Part shown: piece after piece, positions 49,042 to 52,955 of the stretch
How the letters are laid out: the number at the start of each line of letters is the position of its first letter
Numbering within the stretch: position 1 is the first letter of the stretch
Origin: Candidatus Saccharimonadota bacterium
GTDB taxonomy: Bacteria; Patescibacteriota; Saccharimonadia; Saccharimonadales; Saccharimonadaceae
Length of the DNA stretch: 52,955 nucleotides
Assembly: GCA_017561835.1 (NCBI GenBank)
Contig: JAFZBJ010000014.1
Coordinates: 1 to 52,955, forward strand
Direction: 5' to 3'
Translations under genes and position numbers: made by a program
Notes under the pieces: generated by a model
The model's database searches: none
Told to the model about the DNA's origin: nothing
The model's input: the letters and a program-made list of their open reading frames with translations, nothing else

Positions 49042-50003
49042 TGGCACGCATCGTTACCGTTGGACACGCTTTGCAAAGCATCTACCTAATCGATCGCAAT
49101 AATTTTTCAGCTACCGAAATCGGCGGGGAAGCTATTTTTACTAAGCTTCTCGCCGGCAGCACACTGGATGTAGAAAAAATTTCCTACGAACTCGGTGGTA
49201 GCGGCGTCAACACCGCCATCGAATTTGCTCGTCATGGTCACGAAACCATTTTCCTCGGCAACGTCGCCCGCGATTCAGCCGGCGCCGCCATCATTAATCT
49301 TTTCAACCGTGAAAACATCGATGCCAGCTATACAAACGTCGTTAGCAAGAAAACCACCGGCACGTCCGTGATTTTACTCGACCCAAAAAACGCCAAAAAA
49401 GTCACCTTAAAAAATGCCGGCGCTTCCGAAGATTTCAGCGAGCTCGATCTAAGCGACCTAGAACTCATCCAGCCAGACTGGCTTTATGTTTCCACTTTGA
49501 ACGGCGACATGCGCACGCTTCTAAAGCTCTTTGAGAAAGCAAAATCCCTTGGCGTCAAAATCATGTTTAACCCAGGCCCAAAAGAACTAGCCGAGACCAA
49601 AAAACTTGTTGGTTTACTCCAAGATGTAGATATTCTTTACGTCAACAAAACCGAAGCCGCCAATATTGTACCAGGCGCTGTACTATCCGAACTGCTCGCG
49701 CACCTAGAAAACTACGTTAAAACCGTCATCATCACGGATGGCCAAATGGGAGGCATTGCCACCAACCACGAAGAAACCTACCGCTTCGGCATTTACGAAG
49801 ATGTGCCAGTTAAAGACACCACCGGCTCGGGTGATGCCTTTGGCGCAGGCTTTCTCGCCCACTTTGCTGCCGGCAAATCATTCCGCACTTCGCTAATATA
49901 TGCTTCCGCTAACGCAACCTCAAACGTTACTAAAATCGGTACTACGCGCGGCGCCCTCACTGGAGTTGAGCCATTGCACCCGATGCTAATTCAAAAACTA
50001 TAA
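49041..50003 (+). CDS. PfkB family carbohydrate kinase
   Basis: GGSGVNTA, N..EA, T.G..G and anion hole DTTGSGDAF. Confidence 0.9.
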   Translation: MARIVTVGHALQSIYLIDRNNFSATEIGGEAIFTKLLAGSTLDVEKISYELGGSGVNTAIEFARHGHETIFLGNVARDSAGAAIINLFNRENIDASYTNVVSKKTTGTSVILLDPKNAKKVTLKNAGASEDFSELDLSDLELIQPDWLYVSTLNGDMRTLLKLFEKAKSLGVKIMFNPGPKELAETKKLVGLLQDVDILYVNKTEAANIVPGAVLSELLAHLENYVKTVIITDGQMGGIATNHEETYRFGIYEDVPVKDTTGSGDAFGAGFLAHFAAGKSFRTSLIYASANATSNVTKIGTTRGALTGVEPLHPMLIQKL

Positions 50004-50011
50004 GGAGAAAT

Positions 50012-50716
50012 ATGTTACCACAAGATGTTGAAACTTTGAAAAAACTTTCTATTGCCGACCTCGAACGCGCACAAGCCTATGCAAAAGATTTAACGCATGG
50101 CCTCGAAATTTTGCGCACCTTCCCGCAAGGCGTCACAATTTTTGGTTCAGCTAGACTTCCGCAAGACGACAAGTATTGCAAGCTCGCCCGCAAGCTCGGC
50201 GGCTTACTCGCCCAAAACGGCCACGCCGTAGTTACTGGCGGTGGCCCTGGCATCATGGAAGCAGCCAGCCTTGGTTCATACGAAATCGGCGGTCGCACCA
50301 TCGGCCTCAACATCACATTGAAACATGAACAATTCCCAAATCCATACCTCACAGACTGCCTCACTTTCCGCTATTTCTTCGCTCGCAAAGTCATGCTAGC
50401 TATGGCCTCTAAAGTATTCGTTTTCTTCCCAGGCGGCTACGGCACCATGGACGAACTTTCCGAAATTCTTTGTCTTACCCAAGAATCTAAAATGCCAAAA
50501 ATGCCAATCTTCTTGATCGGCAAAACCTACTGGCGCAACCTCGATAAAATGCTGAAGAAAATGCTCGAAATGAAACTCGTTAACAAATCAGACATGGGCA
50601 TCTTCACTATCACAGATGATATTAACGAAGTCGTAAAAGCCGCCAACAAAATCGGCCATCCAAAAATTTCCGAAAATTACTACGACGGTTTTGATGAAAT
50701 TTCAGAGCTTAACTAA
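50012..50716 (+). CDS. LOG family protein (TIGR00730-like)
   Basis: [21 protein letters not shown] and [10 protein letters not shown]. Confidence 0.9.
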   Translation: MLPQDVETLKKLSIADLERAQAYAKDLTHGLEILRTFPQGVTIFGSARLPQDDKYCKLARKLGGLLAQNGHAVVTGGGPGIMEAASLGSYEIGGRTIGLNITLKHEQFPNPYLTDCLTFRYFFARKVMLAMASKVFVFFPGGYGTMDELSEILCLTQESKMPKMPIFLIGKTYWRNLDKMLKKMLEMKLVNKSDMGIFTITDDINEVVKAANKIGHPKISENYYDGFDEISELN

Positions 50717-51990
50717 AAAGGCTTTACTAGTTTAAGATTTGGATTAGATTCGGCAATCCGCATTAATTCATTATACTTAGCAACACGATCGGTTCTCGAA
50801 AGGGAACCGGTTTTGATTTGGCCAGCACCAAGACCCACGGCAAGATGCGCAATCGAGGTATCTTCAGTTTCGCCCGAGCGGTGCGAAATAATCGTGTTAA
50901 AGCCAGCGTTTTTGGCCATCATCACGGCATCGATTGTTTCGGAAAGTGAACCGATTTGATTAAACTTTACAAGAATCGCATTGGCGATACCTTCATTAAT
51001 ACCGCGAGACAAAATCTTAGTATTAGTCACAAACAAGTCATCGCCCACAAGCTGGATTTTTGAACCCAAGCGTTCAGTTAGAGTCTTCCAATTCGCCCAG
51101 TCATTTTCGGCGAGACCATCTTCAATCGAAATAACTGGGTAGTCACTTACGAGTTGCTCGTACCAAGCAATCATTTCTTCGGCAGTTTTGACTTCGCCAG
51201 TAGTTTTAAGTACGTATTTGCCATCTTCATAAAATTCGCTTGAGGCGATATCAAAACCAACCTTAATGTCTTTGCCGAACTTATAGCCGGCCAATTCAAC
51301 AGCTTTTTTGATGTGTTCGAGCGGCTCAACATTACCACTTTTAACCTTTGGCGCATAACCGCCCTCATCACCCACGGTTACTGGATAATCGCTTTCTTTC
51401 AAAACTTTTTTGAGGGCGTGAAAAACTTCGGTACCCATGCGAATTGCATCGTAAATCGTGTTCGCGCCATACGGAATAATCATGTATTCTTGAAAATCAG
51501 TAGCCCAGTTGGCGTGTTCGCCACCATTCATCACGTTCATCATTGGAAGAGGCAAAGACATTTGGCCCGTAGTGCCAGCTAGCTCGGCCACATAATAATA
51601 AAATGGCACGCCTTTGGCCCGCGCCACGGCCTTAGCCACAGCAAGCGATACGGCCAAAATCGCGTTAGCGCCAAGATTAGATTTGTTCTCGGTGCCATCA
51701 AGCGCAATCATGGCATTATCAATTTCGCGTTGGTCGGCATCTTTGCCAATTAGAATATCACGAATCTTGGTATTTACGTTTTCAACTGCTTTCAAGACGC
51801 CTTTTCCGCCATATTCGGCAGCACCATCACGTAGTTCCAAAGCCTCAAGAGACCCGGTGGATGCGCCAGACGGCACAATTGCACGCCCATAGGCGCCATT
51901 ATCAAGAAAAACATCAACCTCAACCGTAGGATTACCGCGCGAATCTAAAACTTGGCGGGCTTTTAGGTCTTTGATTTTGAAACTAACCAT
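50713..51990 (-). CDS. eno: enolase
   Basis: [38 protein letters not shown] and GQIKTG. Confidence 0.98.
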   Translation of the reverse strand: MVSFKIKDLKARQVLDSRGNPTVEVDVFLDNGAYGRAIVPSGASTGSLEALELRDGAAEYGGKGVLKAVENVNTKIRDILIGKDADQREIDNAMIALDGTENKSNLGANAILAVSLAVAKAVARAKGVPFYYYVAELAGTTGQMSLPLPMMNVMNGGEHANWATDFQEYMIIPYGANTIYDAIRMGTEVFHALKKVLKESDYPVTVGDEGGYAPKVKSGNVEPLEHIKKAVELAGYKFGKDIKVGFDIASSEFYEDGKYVLKTTGEVKTAEEMIAWYEQLVSDYPVISIEDGLAENDWANWKTLTERLGSKIQLVGDDLFVTNTKILSRGINEGIANAILVKFNQIGSLSETIDAVMMAKNAGFNTIISHRSGETEDTSIAHLAVGLGAGQIKTGSLSRTDRVAKYNELMRIAESNPNLKLVKPF

Positions 51991-52063
51991 AAGCATATTA
52001 TAGCAAAATTTTTCATCCGGATGTGCTATTATAAAAGTAATATCAATTAAAAGGAGTTATTTA

Positions 52064-52955
52064 ATGGAAAAACAACCAGAGGAGAAACCCGTGGAGAAGG
52101 CTGCCGAAAAAGCACCTGAAGCTCCAAAGGAAGCCCCAAAAGCTGAAAAACCAAAAAAGAAAAAGACTGGCCTAATCATTGGCATCATTATTGCATTGCT
52201 CGCCATCGCTGGCGGCGTTGTGGCTGCAATTTTGCTTTTGAATAAGGGCGACACTACTGCAAGCGACGAAACCATCAGCAATATTATTGCCGAAATCATC
52301 GAGAAAAAAGATTTGCCAAACACCGAATTCAAAGGTAACCTCAAGGTTGCCATTGAAGGCGTAAATGTTAGCGCGGATTTGAGCGGTAAATACGCCGGCA
52401 AAAAAATGACTACCGATCTCGACGCTAAAACCAACGTCAACGAAAAAGATGTCAACGTAAAAGCATCCCTTGCTTCAGACGGCACCAATCTTTTCGTTAA
52501 ACTCAACGGTATGCCAGACATCAGCGCCATCACCGGCGATGCCGCCTCTGCTGCGATGATCTCAATGTTCATCAAAGAAGGTACCTGGTATAGCTTGCCA
52601 GCCGAAATGACCACCGGCATGACCGGCCAAGTCAAAATTTCTGGCGGCGCCAACTGTGGCTCTATCGACATGCAAGACCTCATGGAAATCGCCAAGGGCG
52701 ACAAATCCTGGCTCACCGATGCCTTGCGTGATTCAAAGTTCATTTCGCTCGAGAAAACCGATGGCGACCTCTACAAAGTCTTCGTCGATCGCGAAGAAAC
52801 TGTTAAACTCATCAAAAAAGTTAACAGTAAAGTTTCTTCCGCTACTAAATGCGATGTCCTTGGCCAGGTTAATGGCGAAGGTATGGCCGAAAAAGAAGAA
52901 ATCGAAGGTCTTCTCCTTGGTTTCAAGAATGGCCAGATCAGCAAAGTCAAATATG
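52064..52955 (+). CDS. membrane-anchored hypothetical protein, truncated by the window end
   Basis: SD aaggag then ATG 52064. E/K/P-rich N-terminus, KKKK and TM TGLIIGIIIALLAIAGGVVAAILLL. Frame read open for about 150 codons and assumed open to the end. Confidence 0.75.
   Translation, partial: MEKQPEEKPVEKAAEKAPEAPKEAPKAEKPKKKKTGLIIGIIIALLAIAGGVVAAILLLNKGDTTASDETISNIIAEIIEKKDLPNTEFKGNLKVAIEGVNVSADLSGKYAGKKMTTDLDAKTNVNEKDVNVKASLASDGTNLFVKLNGMPDISAITGDAASAAMISMFIKEGTWYSLPAEMTTGMTGQVKISGGANCGSIDMQDLMEIAKGDKSWLTDALRDSKFISLEKTDGDLYKVFVDREETVKLIKKVNSKVSSATKCDVLGQVNGEGMAEKEEIEGLLLGFKNGQISKVKY

Overview
Compact bacterial chromosome segment in genetic code 11. Gene content and layout suggest Candidatus Saccharibacteria (Patescibacteria/CPR); this is inferred, not tested. 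The backbone is housekeeping: queH-queA-tgt, AI-2E and flippase-like transporters, a heterodimeric ABC exporter, tmk, ung, dCMP deaminase, typA, TatD, a cysteine desulfurase and mnmA, a GH3 hydrolase, alaS, an FtsA-like ATPase, a two-component pair with a pseudouridine synthase, a RuvX-MltG fusion, a LysM-CHAP hydrolase, obgE, trmD, recG, rsmD, tRNA-Leu(UAG), tig, rpsL-rpsG, gap-rpiB-rpe-pfkB-LOG and eno. The unusual signal is mostly non-coding. (1) About 18 core genes look leaderless, with a -10 box 6-7 nt before ATG. (2) About ten orphan transcription units sit between core genes. Most have a stereotyped TTGACTTTTTAAAG..TTTATGCTATAAT-type promoter, a strong SD and a GC hairpin terminator, often with a 5' hairpin plus U tract. 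Two are bracketed by direct repeats of the terminator, suggesting a gene-cassette acquisition process. (3) An unannotated small-ORF plus antisense sRNA module with type I toxin-antitoxin-like architecture lies at 41.5-41.9 kb. (4) There are two promoter-bearing structured RNA candidates at 33.7 and 35.3 kb, and an in-frame palindromic insertion in obgE. (5) An FtsA-like / baseplate-J-like / RuvX-MltG / LysM-CHAP envelope cluster is present. No CRISPR array, rRNA, transposase or integrase was seen. All family calls come from motif recognition by eye; no searches were run.
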